From Enterococcus phage vB_OCPT_CCS1: DNA of 64,000 bases. Position 1 is the first letter of the stretch, and the number at the start of each line of letters is the position of its first letter. The position numbers and the translations under genes are program-made. The notes under the pieces are model-generated. The model had not been told where the DNA came from. It made no database searches and was given only the letters and a program-made list of their open reading frames with translations. The DNA lies in the sequence record ON113170.1; one strand, 5' to 3'. Shown piece after piece: positions 56,495 to 63,758 of this stretch.

Positions 56495-58894
56495 AAACCA
56501 TTCGAAGACATTCTTGATGTGTTGAACAAAGCACGTCAGGACAAAGACAAGGTAACACTTACTTTTATTGAAGGACTAGATAATATTGCTAAACTTCAAA
56601 TTGAGGATTCTTCTGCTACAGCAGGAATCACTCGTTACGTAAAGTTTTATAACAATGACATCCGTAAGTTCCATTACGTTGACCAAGCTGATTTTGAAGA
56701 AATGTATGCAGGCTTAGAAATGAAAACAGGTAAACCAAAAGAAGAAACAATTGAGTTTCCTTCTGAGGAAGTGGGTATTATCAGTGCTTTAAAAATCTTG
56801 CAACAAAGTGGTGTCTTTAGTGATGAAGATGGAATGCTAACTCTAGGAATTAACACGTCTACATTGAAAGATGCTCACTATATCTTACAGTATATTGAGC
56901 CTGCAATTGACCGTTACTTTGAATCTTTGAATAAGGATATTGAAGAATTAGACCGTGTAACGATTGACCAATCAGATGAACTTAAACAAAAAATCTGGGA
57001 AAGCTTTGTATTTAGCAAAGATAATCTAAGCAAAATGCTAGATGACTTTGAATTGGCAACTCTAGACACGTTCCCAAATGTACCGTCTAATTTAATTGTT
57101 GAGACTTGTTCAGAAGTGAAGAAAACTCTTGAAGGGTTATTGATTAAAGATGCGGAAGAAAATCCTATTGAGTGTCATGATTACCTTGTTGAAGGTTTCG
57201 TTGGTGCTATTATCCGTATTGAACAATTTATTATTTCTGTTGCAACATTACCTTACCGTAGAACAGAACTAGAACTTAGAGAATCAAGAGAAGCTTATAT
57301 CAAAGAGCTTGCTTCAAATCTATTTATCTTTGCAGAAGCTATTGCTCAGGCGTATACTAGACTTGTATGCTCTATCTTAATGGAAAATTCTATTGATATG
57401 CACAATGCTTCTGAATATATCCAAGTTATGGAAACAAAAGCGGTTCACTGGGTAAAAGAAGAAGCATTAGGTGGAACTATGTTAGCTAACAATGAGGAAG
57501 ACCTCGTTGAGTTATCCCAAGCTTTAAACTCTATGACACTAGATGACGTACGTGAAACCCGAGAAGACCCCGAGAAGGCTGAGTTTAAAGAAGCTTTGGA
57601 AGAATTGCTTAATGAGTTGGCAGATGTTTTTTCAGAAGACGAGGACGACGAAGAAGTTGACGAAACAGAAGACGAAGATGAGGAAGAAATAAAACAAGCC
57701 TTATTAGAATCACTAGAAGACCTGTTACGTTCAATTCAAGCCCCTACTATGGAAGAAGGGGAAGAAGACAATGAGGCACTTTTCGAAGCACCTATGGTAG
57801 ACATGGATGACCTCCTTGGATATTCACTATCGAAGGAACCTACAGAAAAAGAAGAACCTGTAGAACTTTCAGATGATGCAAAAGCAGAGTTTGAGGAATA
57901 CTTTGCAGATGAAATCTACGAGCTTCAAGAACTCCGTAAAAAGGTAGAAGATGCTTTAACCATGTACGATAAGGTTACCGGTGAACTAGCATTAAACGAG
58001 TTAGATTCAGTAGCTATGGGAAATATTCAATTAGCAATTTCAACGTTACGAAGAGCGCTAGATAACACAGAGCTTGACTACACTAAGAAAGGCTTACTTG
58101 AATCGTTAGCTATTCTTAAAGGAGACAAACATACTTTTTATGTTGAATCCATTAGTGTTTTAGGAGATGCGTACGAGCTTTACAAAACACTTGGTGTAGG
58201 TATTACGGACTATGCACATGCAGTTGTTGAGGGCATTGAATGTTCTGTTGCGAATAAACGGGGTACAAACCCAGAAACACAATTTGTGTTGAGTACAGTT
58301 ACCCGTTTAATCGAACGTGAAATCGAAGCCTTAGAGGATGCTGAAGAATACTCAGATTTATTAGCCTTTTCTCTAGCCCTTTCACTGACTGCTGTGTTAG
58401 CAGATTGGAATAATTCATTTGGTGTAGTAAATGTTGATGTAAATGACTTTATCCCTAAGAAACGACCTTCTGTTGTTGTCGAAGGAGACGAAGAGGATGA
58501 AGAAGAAACAACAGACCTAGCTAAAGAGTTAAAAGACTTAATTCGTGGAACAGCACTAGATGCTGATACACAATCAGCTAGTGATATAGACGAAGAAGCC
58601 TTGATTGCTGACTACAAGAACGGTGTCTCACAGAGAGAACTCACAAAATGTTATAATATAAGTACAGGGAAGTTCTACTCAATTCTACGTAGACACGGTA
58701 TCGCAGTAGATAGCTCTAAAGTAGCTAAGAAAGTTGCGCATGTAGAAGAGAATCCAGAAGTACTTGAACGAGTTCTTAAAGATTATATTGAAGGTAAAAC
58801 ACTAGCATATATTTACTCAAATTACAATCTATATAAGAACGGCTTGTTCTATTTGCTAGACAAATACCAAGTTCCACGTAGAAACAAACGTTAA
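56492..58894 (+). CDS. 800-aa highly acidic protein with two C-terminal HTH-like motifs
   Basis: Asp/Glu tracts (DEDDEEVDETEDEDEEE; EGDEEDEEETTD). C-terminal LIADYKNGVSQRELTKCYNISTGKFYSILRRHGI and a second HTH-like repeat. Confidence 0.5.
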   Translation: MKPFEDILDVLNKARQDKDKVTLTFIEGLDNIAKLQIEDSSATAGITRYVKFYNNDIRKFHYVDQADFEEMYAGLEMKTGKPKEETIEFPSEEVGIISALKILQQSGVFSDEDGMLTLGINTSTLKDAHYILQYIEPAIDRYFESLNKDIEELDRVTIDQSDELKQKIWESFVFSKDNLSKMLDDFELATLDTFPNVPSNLIVETCSEVKKTLEGLLIKDAEENPIECHDYLVEGFVGAIIRIEQFIISVATLPYRRTELELRESREAYIKELASNLFIFAEAIAQAYTRLVCSILMENSIDMHNASEYIQVMETKAVHWVKEEALGGTMLANNEEDLVELSQALNSMTLDDVRETREDPEKAEFKEALEELLNELADVFSEDEDDEEVDETEDEDEEEIKQALLESLEDLLRSIQAPTMEEGEEDNEALFEAPMVDMDDLLGYSLSKEPTEKEEPVELSDDAKAEFEEYFADEIYELQELRKKVEDALTMYDKVTGELALNELDSVAMGNIQLAISTLRRALDNTELDYTKKGLLESLAILKGDKHTFYVESISVLGDAYELYKTLGVGITDYAHAVVEGIECSVANKRGTNPETQFVLSTVTRLIEREIEALEDAEEYSDLLAFSLALSLTAVLADWNNSFGVVNVDVNDFIPKKRPSVVVEGDEEDEEETTDLAKELKDLIRGTALDADTQSASDIDEEALIADYKNGVSQRELTKCYNISTGKFYSILRRHGIAVDSSKVAKKVAHVEENPEVLERVLKDYIEGKTLAYIYSNYNLYKNGLFYLLDKYQVPRRNKR

Positions 58895-58952
58895 CTTCCA
58901 AATAACTTTAGGCAGTGGCTACTATGGTCACTGCCTTTAATAAGGAGAATAT

Positions 58953-59405
58953 TTGTTGGAAGAGACGGTTTATAATTTTATACAAGGTTTAACTAACACA
59001 CAGTTAGTTATACTAGAAGATATATTTGCTTTACTAGGACTAATCTTTATACTTATAGGAATACATCTTTTGGTAGAAGATACAGTTGAGTGGGTGAAAC
59101 TAGTTAAGAATCCAAAAGTTTCCACGTTTGCAACAATACACATGTATTTTACTTTTTATCTACCGATGTTCATTTTCTTTTTGGTAGATGGTAGTACGGT
59201 TACTACTTTTGTTGTTTCATTACTGATGTTTGCTGTTGTGTATACATGGATTGTCTGGTTTCGGGTGGGTAGATACACAGAAAATTGGTCAGTAGTACGT
59301 CCATTTGTTACCTACATTAAAGCACAAGACCATGTGTGTACGTTAGTTATTGGTTCAATACTTTTAAGAACAGTACTATTTTTTATAAAGATTAGGATAG
59401 GTTAA
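58953..59405 (+). CDS. polytopic membrane protein (about four TM helices)
   Basis: TTG after AATAAGGAGAATATTTG. Hydrophobic spans LVILEDIFALLGLIFILIGIHLL, YFTFYLPMFIFFLV, FVVSLLMFAVVYTWIVWF. Confidence 0.5.
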   Translation: MLEETVYNFIQGLTNTQLVILEDIFALLGLIFILIGIHLLVEDTVEWVKLVKNPKVSTFATIHMYFTFYLPMFIFFLVDGSTVTTFVVSLLMFAVVYTWIVWFRVGRYTENWSVVRPFVTYIKAQDHVCTLVIGSILLRTVLFFIKIRIG

Positions 59406-59432
59406 GATAGGATAGGATGGAGGATAAGATAG
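59395..59432. repeat. TAGGATAGGA-type short array immediately upstream of a start codon
   Basis: GATTAGGATAGGTTAAGATAGGATAGGATGGAGGATAAGATAGATG. Confidence 0.55.
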
Positions 59433-59993
59433 ATGAATGAAATAATGAGTTATGTTTGGTTGGGTGTGTTTATTGCTATACCTGTAATTGGCTTTATCTA
59501 TGTATATAACTACAATAAAAAAAATCCACGTTGGTACCTTCGTAAAAGCTATTGGGCGCCACTAGTGCTAGACTTAGTTGTTTTTGGTGTTTGGGCGTTT
59601 ATAGGTATAGGTACATTGGATGTTGGACATACAGAGACAATTGTTAAAACCTTTAACATTGAGCCACTTACTGTTTATAGCTCACCAGAAAATATTTATG
59701 CAAAGATAGGTAGCACGGATAACAGTTATGTTAACTTTGCAATTACAGGTAAGGGAACTCACTCTGCACCACTTGGTAACACTAGTATCCATTACGTTGA
59801 GTACGAAGGTAGACCGAAAGTCATGGTTACTTACTACAAATTAGATTCCCCTCTCTCAGCATTTATGGGAATACAAGGGATGCTTGTAGACAGTAAAACT
59901 CGTATAGACATTCAAGTTCCTATAGGCGGAGTCGATGTTACAAATACAGGTAGCACCTTTGAAGAGCAATCAGTAAACGACTTACTCAAATAA
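59433..59993 (+). CDS. N-terminally membrane-anchored protein (186 aa)
   Basis: One or two N-terminal TM helices (VWLGVFIAIPVIGFIYV; LVLDLVVFGVWAFIGIG) followed by a soluble domain. Confidence 0.5.
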   Translation: MNEIMSYVWLGVFIAIPVIGFIYVYNYNKKNPRWYLRKSYWAPLVLDLVVFGVWAFIGIGTLDVGHTETIVKTFNIEPLTVYSSPENIYAKIGSTDNSYVNFAITGKGTHSAPLGNTSIHYVEYEGRPKVMVTYYKLDSPLSAFMGIQGMLVDSKTRIDIQVPIGGVDVTNTGSTFEEQSVNDLLK

Positions 59994-59996
59994 TTC

Positions 59997-60060
59997 CCTA
60001 AGTAGCAGGCTACAAAAATCCTCTAAGTAGCAGGTTACAAAAAAACCTAAGTAGCAGGCT
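59997..60060. repeat. three direct ~25-bp repeats, CTAAGTAGCAGGCTACAAAAA type
   Basis: Each unit contains GTAGC-N2-GCTAC inverted arms. Same family as the 62444-62615 array. Confidence 0.6.
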
Positions 60061-60092
60061 AGAGACATCTTTTATAGGTGTCTCTTTTTTTG
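60061..60092 (+). terminator. rho-independent terminator
   Basis: AGAGACATCTTTTATAGGTGTCTCT followed by TTTTTTTG. Confidence 0.7.
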
Positions 60093-60171
60093 TTGACATC
60101 CCTATACAATCATGCTACGATATACATGTAGATAAGGGAAGCCAGAATAAATAAAAAATTTGAGCTTACCT

Positions 60172-60200
60172 ATTGACATTAAACAATGCAGGCTGTACAA
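60172..60200 (+). promoter_or_regulatory. strong sigma-A-type early promoter with conserved leader
   Basis: TTGACA-17-TACAAT followed by AGACTTGTAAGATAAAA. Confidence 0.6.
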
Positions 60201-60235
60201 TAGACTTGTAAGATAAAACAAAGGAGGAAATTACA

Positions 60236-60472
60236 ATGGAAAAACAAAAACAAGTGATTACAAGAAAACAATACGAGGAAATTATGGCACGTTATGACAA
60301 GGTAGACTATGCTATCATCGCAGGGTTCATTATCTTTGGTACAGTTATCTTTGGTTTCGGGGGATTTGTCTTTATGGCTGTTGTTGGTGCGTTTACGTTC
60401 CCACGTATGAAACAAAAAAGCATTAATTTAATAGAGCAAGACTACATTGTTAGAGATGACATTCAACAGTAA
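60236..60472 (+). CDS. small membrane protein (78 aa)
   Basis: Central hydrophobic span AIIAGFIIFGTVIFGFGGFVFMAVVGAF. Confidence 0.45.
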   Translation: MEKQKQVITRKQYEEIMARYDKVDYAIIAGFIIFGTVIFGFGGFVFMAVVGAFTFPRMKQKSINLIEQDYIVRDDIQQ

Positions 60473-60533
60473 GCTTAATTGTTGACTATGGAAATTACAG
60501 GTGTTAATATAATGGTACAAGGAGGACAAAGAA

Positions 60534-60782
60534 ATGGCAGAGGCAAAGAAAAGCTATGCTGACATGACAGAGGAGGAAGCACAATATGCAATGGTATTAG
60601 GTGCTAGAATCGCTCATGCACGAGAAGGGTTAGGTATTAGTCAAGGAGAACTAGGTAAGTTAGCAGGTTTCAATCAAACAACTATCTCTTTAATTGAGAC
60701 CGGTAAACGGCTACCTAACTTAAAGACCCTTATCAGATTGAGTAAGATTCTTAAAAAAAGTTTGAAAATTACATTGGAATGA
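60534..60782 (+). CDS. XRE-family helix-turn-helix regulator (82 aa)
   Basis: LGISQGELGKLAGFNQTTISLIETGKR is a Cro/CI-type HTH. Confidence 0.55.
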   Translation: MAEAKKSYADMTEEEAQYAMVLGARIAHAREGLGISQGELGKLAGFNQTTISLIETGKRLPNLKTLIRLSKILKKSLKITLE

Positions 60783-60814
60783 GGTAGAGAAAATAAAACA
60801 GGGGGAGATTTATT

Positions 60815-60925
60815 ATGACAACGAAAGTAAAAGAAACAAAATCAAAAGTAAAGAATGGTGAACGTACACCAATAGTAGGATTCTATTTATATAATTTAAG
60901 AGTCCTGATTCTACCGTATATTTAA
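60815..60925 (+). CDS. small 36-aa ORF with strong RBS
   Basis: GGGGGAGATTTATTATG. Its end is embedded in a 9-bp-stem hairpin. Confidence 0.3.
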   Translation: MTTKVKETKSKVKNGERTPIVGFYLYNLRVLILPYI

Positions 60926-60950
60926 CAGGAATGTGCGGTAGAATTTTATT
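60908..60950 (+). terminator. stem-loop terminator
   Basis: ATTCTACCG-17 nt-CGGTAGAAT followed by TTTTATTTAT. Confidence 0.5.
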
Positions 60951-60963
60951 TATACAAACCTAT

Positions 60964-60992
60964 TGACAATAAACAATAGAAGAGTTATACTA
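60964..60992 (+). promoter_or_regulatory. sigma-A-type early promoter
   Basis: TTGACA-17-TATACT. Confidence 0.55.
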
Positions 60993-61017
60993 TGTATGAA
61001 GATAAGGAAAGGGAGAG

Positions 61018-61350
61018 ATGACAATGTTAAACTTTAACAAACATGTAACAGTAGAGGATATTATTAGAGATGGAGAATATGACGATGCAGTGGTAGAACA
61101 TATTATTGCTGAACTAGAATCGAGTGACAAGAAGAAACTAGCTTTGTTCAAACAGTGGGTCGCAGACAAGAAGGAAGACGGAGACACGGAAGCTGTTGAA
61201 CACTTTAAAGATATGACGGACAAAGAAGTATTAGTATATATGGACTTAGATGAGATTGTAGAGTACTATGAAGAAACAGGTCTTGCAGATTTTGCAAACA
61301 GCTTGGACATTGATTGGACAGGTTTGCTAGAAAGTTTTGGAGTAGAATAG
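61018..61350 (+). CDS. hypothetical acidic protein (110 aa)
   Basis: ATG after AAAGGGAGAG. Confidence 0.45.
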   Translation: MTMLNFNKHVTVEDIIRDGEYDDAVVEHIIAELESSDKKKLALFKQWVADKKEDGDTEAVEHFKDMTDKEVLVYMDLDEIVEYYEETGLADFANSLDIDWTGLLESFGVE

Positions 61351-61363
61351 GGGGTTAAGACTA

Positions 61364-61852
61364 ATGTATGATATGGTAACTAAAAAGAAAAGAAATCAAG
61401 AAATTGTACGTATGAGACAAGCAGGAAAAACGTTTAAGGATATTGCTTCTGAGTATAACATTTCTCAACAACGAGTACAACAGATATACAAACGAGAAAC
61501 CTCGTTAAATAAGATTAGACCTAAAGCGGGTAGACCAAGAAAGGACGAAATTGATGAGAAACGAACAGACATTAGTACTTTTGCAGTAACGAAGAGACAG
61601 AGAGAAAGAATAGTTCAACAAGCTGAAAAGGAAGGAAAGCCAGTTAAGGAGGTAGTTGATTCTATTATTTTTAATACAATGAGTGGGAAATACAACAGCC
61701 TTTTCCATAAAAAAGGTGGAGATAACAAACAGGTTCCTATGGTAGGGAATAAACAACTGTTAGATGCTTTACGTGCATATCTTGGTGCATATGAGGAAAC
61801 CCCATCAGAGGCGTTAAGACTAGTTATAGATAGGATATACGGGGATGAATAG
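61364..61852 (+). CDS. HTH DNA-binding protein (sigma-70 region-4-like)
   Basis: EIVRMRQAGKTFKDIASEYNISQQRVQQIYKRE. Confidence 0.5.
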   Translation: MYDMVTKKKRNQEIVRMRQAGKTFKDIASEYNISQQRVQQIYKRETSLNKIRPKAGRPRKDEIDEKRTDISTFAVTKRQRERIVQQAEKEGKPVKEVVDSIIFNTMSGKYNSLFHKKGGDNKQVPMVGNKQLLDALRAYLGAYEETPSEALRLVIDRIYGDE

Positions 61853-61990
61853 CTATTAGGATAGGATGATAGGATACACTTAGGATAAGGTAGGATAGGA
61901 TAAGGTAGGATAGGTTTAGGATAGGATACACTTAGGATAGGTTTAGGATAGGATACACTTAGGATAGGATAGGATAGGATGAAAGGGGAT
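61852..61990. repeat. ~135-bp array of TAGGATAGGA/AGGATACACTTAGGATAGG units
   Basis: GGATAGGATACACTTAGGATAGG occurs three times; also GGTTTAGGATAGGATACACTT twice. Ends 10 nt before the ATG of the next gene. Related to 59395-59432. Confidence 0.65.
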
Positions 61991-61998
61991 ATGATACA

Positions 61999-62448
61999 AT
62001 GTTAGGTACAGCAGAATATGATACACTTAGAGAGTATTTAGTAGCCGTAATTCATAACCAAATTAGTGAGGGTGAGAGAGACACACAAAGCTTAGACGTA
62101 TGGAAGGAAGAGGTTGACAAGCTGACAGTAGACAATTGGAGAGAACGTTGCATGAACCTAGCAGATTTGTTATATGTAGACACTCCCGCTTCACTGGCAG
62201 ACATTTACAAAGACTATAAAGAGGAGCTAAATGAAATACTCAGAGATTACACAGATGAGTTACGTGCAGGAGCTACGTTCAATAAGGTAGCTGATGAGCG
62301 CCTAGGGTGGATGTGGGAAGATTATGACCCATTAATACTAGAAGCACATAATCAAGGTCTAGTGGCTCGTCTAGGGCTTCTAATCGTTGCTGAACAACTT
62401 GCTACTCAATTAGAACAAGGGACGTTTACAATACCATATGATAACTAA
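61999..62448 (+). CDS. hypothetical acidic protein (149 aa)
   Basis: ATG directly downstream of the TAGGATAGGA array (GAAAGGGGATATGATACAATG). Confidence 0.45.
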   Translation: MLGTAEYDTLREYLVAVIHNQISEGERDTQSLDVWKEEVDKLTVDNWRERCMNLADLLYVDTPASLADIYKDYKEELNEILRDYTDELRAGATFNKVADERLGWMWEDYDPLILEAHNQGLVARLGLLIVAEQLATQLEQGTFTIPYDN

Positions 62449-62615
62449 GTAACAGGCTAGCCTAAGTAACGGGCTAGCTTTTTTCTTCTAAGTAGCAGGT
62501 TAGCTAAAATTCTCTAAGTAGCGGGCTACAATAAAAAACCCTAAGTAGCGGGCTACAAAAATCCTCTAAGTAGCGGGCTACAAAAATCCTCTAAGTAGCG
62601 GGCTACAAACAGCTT
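62444..62615. repeat. seven direct ~25-bp repeats, CTAAGTAGCGGGCTACAAAAATCCT type (iteron-like array)
   Basis: Units at about 62444, 62467, 62497, 62520, 62545, 62570 and 62595. The last three are essentially identical. Each contains GTAGC-GG-GCTAC. Confidence 0.7.
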
Positions 62616-62700
62616 ATAAAGTTCCGAAGCGTGGCATCCGACCGCCAGACTTGCCACCTTTGCCCGTTTGATCTGCCACCACTTAAACCCGTTTTTTCCT
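62616..62700. other. GC-rich island (about 60% GC) directly after the iteron-like array
   Basis: GTTCCGAAGCGTGGCATCCGACCGCCAGACTTGCCACCTTTGCCCGTTTGATCTGCCACCAC with a GTGGCA/TGCCAC stem and repeated GCCACC. No ORF. Confidence 0.4.
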
Positions 62701-62832
62701 TATATATAGAAGAAAAAGTTTTTCATCTTTTTTAGTGTTTTATATTGACATTAAGAAATAAGCATGGTATAGTATAGACAGTTAAAGAAAGGAGCTAACA
62801 AAAAAATAAATAAAAAAATTTAAAAAAAGTTA

Positions 62833-62861
62833 TTGACAAAAAGAAATAGACCTGATACAAT
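62833..62861 (+). promoter_or_regulatory. strong sigma-A-type early promoter with conserved leader
   Basis: TATTGACAAAAAGAAATA...TACAAT followed by AAACTTGTAAGATAAATAA. Confidence 0.6.
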
Positions 62862-62898
62862 AAACTTGTAAGATAAATAAAAGAAAGAGGGACTAAAA

Positions 62899-63174
62899 AT
62901 GGAAAAACAAATTATTGTAAACTTTTTAAAAGAGATTGAAAAAAATATTAAAATGGTAAACAGGGGTTTAAAATCTGAAAATGAGGCATACAGCGAACTT
63001 GTCGGAATGTATAACGGTATTAAGTTAGCAATGAAAACAATCAATCCCGACACGGTAAACATGGATTTGCATTATACACGTAAAACACTTGACAACTTAT
63101 TTTTAGGAACAAACGAGCAAAAAGAAAACGCCTTAAAAGCTTTGGAAAATGCTTTACTAATTACAGAAAACTAA
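62899..63174 (+). CDS. hypothetical early protein (91 aa)
   Basis: ATG after AAGAAAGAGGGACTAAAA. Confidence 0.45.
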   Translation: MEKQIIVNFLKEIEKNIKMVNRGLKSENEAYSELVGMYNGIKLAMKTINPDTVNMDLHYTRKTLDNLFLGTNEQKENALKALENALLITEN

Positions 63175-63184
63175 CATATAAAAC

Positions 63185-63203
63185 GGCGGGACACGTTCCC
63201 GCC
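63185..63203. terminator. GC-rich stem-loop, probable terminator
   Basis: GGCGGGACACGTTCCCGCC. A-tract upstream but a weak T-tract downstream. Confidence 0.35.
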
Positions 63204-63239
63204 TTACATAAAAAAATAAAAAATTTTTATGTTTATCTA

Positions 63240-63268
63240 TTGACAAAAAGAAATATAGATGATAATAT
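63240..63268 (+). promoter_or_regulatory. sigma-A-type early promoter
   Basis: TTGACA-17-TAATAT. Confidence 0.5.
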
Positions 63269-63296
63269 AAAGACATAGAAAGAGAGAGGGGAAAAC

Positions 63297-63425
63297 ATGA
63301 AAAGAGTAAAAGCCTTTTTAATCGCAAGAAAGGAAAATAAAGAAGTAAAAGAGATTTTACAGACAAGAAGCAAGGCAATAAACGAGCTTAAAAATTTAAA
63401 TAAAAAACTTATACAAAACTATTGA
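63297..63425 (+). CDS. small 42-aa basic ORF
   Basis: ATG after AGAGAGAGGGGAAAAC. Not in ORF track. Its end overlaps the -35 of the next promoter. Confidence 0.3.
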   Translation: MKRVKAFLIARKENKEVKEILQTRSKAINELKNLNKKLIQNY

Positions 63426-63450
63426 CAAAAAGAAATAAACGATATATAAT
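63422..63450 (+). promoter_or_regulatory. strong sigma-A-type early promoter
   Basis: TTGACA-17-TATAAT followed by AAATATGTAAGGTAAAACAAGGAGG. Confidence 0.6.
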
Positions 63451-63485
63451 AAATATGTAAGGTAAAACAAGGAGGAAAAAGAAAC

Positions 63486-63674
63486 ATGCAAAAGAAACTA
63501 TACAAGAAAAGAGATTTTTATAAAAAGCTGGCTTCATTCGCTGTTATGTTTTTACTTGGTTCAGTTGTTACGGCGGTATTTTCGTTTACAGTGTCACTTA
63601 TTATCGGCTTGACTTTGTTCGTTTTTGCTTTTATGATTTTCGATGATTTAGATTATACAGTAAAAAATAAGTAA
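63486..63674 (+). CDS. small membrane protein (62 aa)
   Basis: Two hydrophobic spans (LASFAVMFLLGSVVTAVFSFTV; LIIGLTLFVFAFMIF). Confidence 0.45.
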   Translation: MQKKLYKKRDFYKKLASFAVMFLLGSVVTAVFSFTVSLIIGLTLFVFAFMIFDDLDYTVKNK

Positions 63675-63694
63675 AAAAAATTAATCAAATCTAT

Positions 63695-63723
63695 TGACAT
63701 TAAACAATAAACAATATATAATA
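63695..63723 (+). promoter_or_regulatory. strong sigma-A-type early promoter with conserved leader
   Basis: TTGACA-17-TATAAT followed by AAACATGTAAGATAAATAAG. Confidence 0.6.
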
Positions 63724-63758
63724 AACATGTAAGATAAATAAGAAAGAGAGTGATAAAA

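Noticed and set aside
60534-60782. XRE-family HTH as evidence for a lysogeny switch or temperate lifestyle
   Set aside because: No integrase, excisionase, attP-like site or CI-type repressor with a peptidase domain is present. The gene sits among strongly promoted early genes typical of a virulent phage.
62444-62615. Direct-repeat arrays as a CRISPR array
   Set aside because: The units are immediately adjacent or separated by a few related bases, not by unique ~30-bp spacers. The repeats are not of CRISPR length or structure, and no cas genes are present.
62616-62700. GC-rich island ending in GCCACCAC as a tRNA gene
   Set aside because: No acceptor-stem complement (GGCAGAT) ~65 nt upstream, no TTCGAAT-like T-loop and no D-arm could be built by hand. 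It is kept only as an unexplained GC island.
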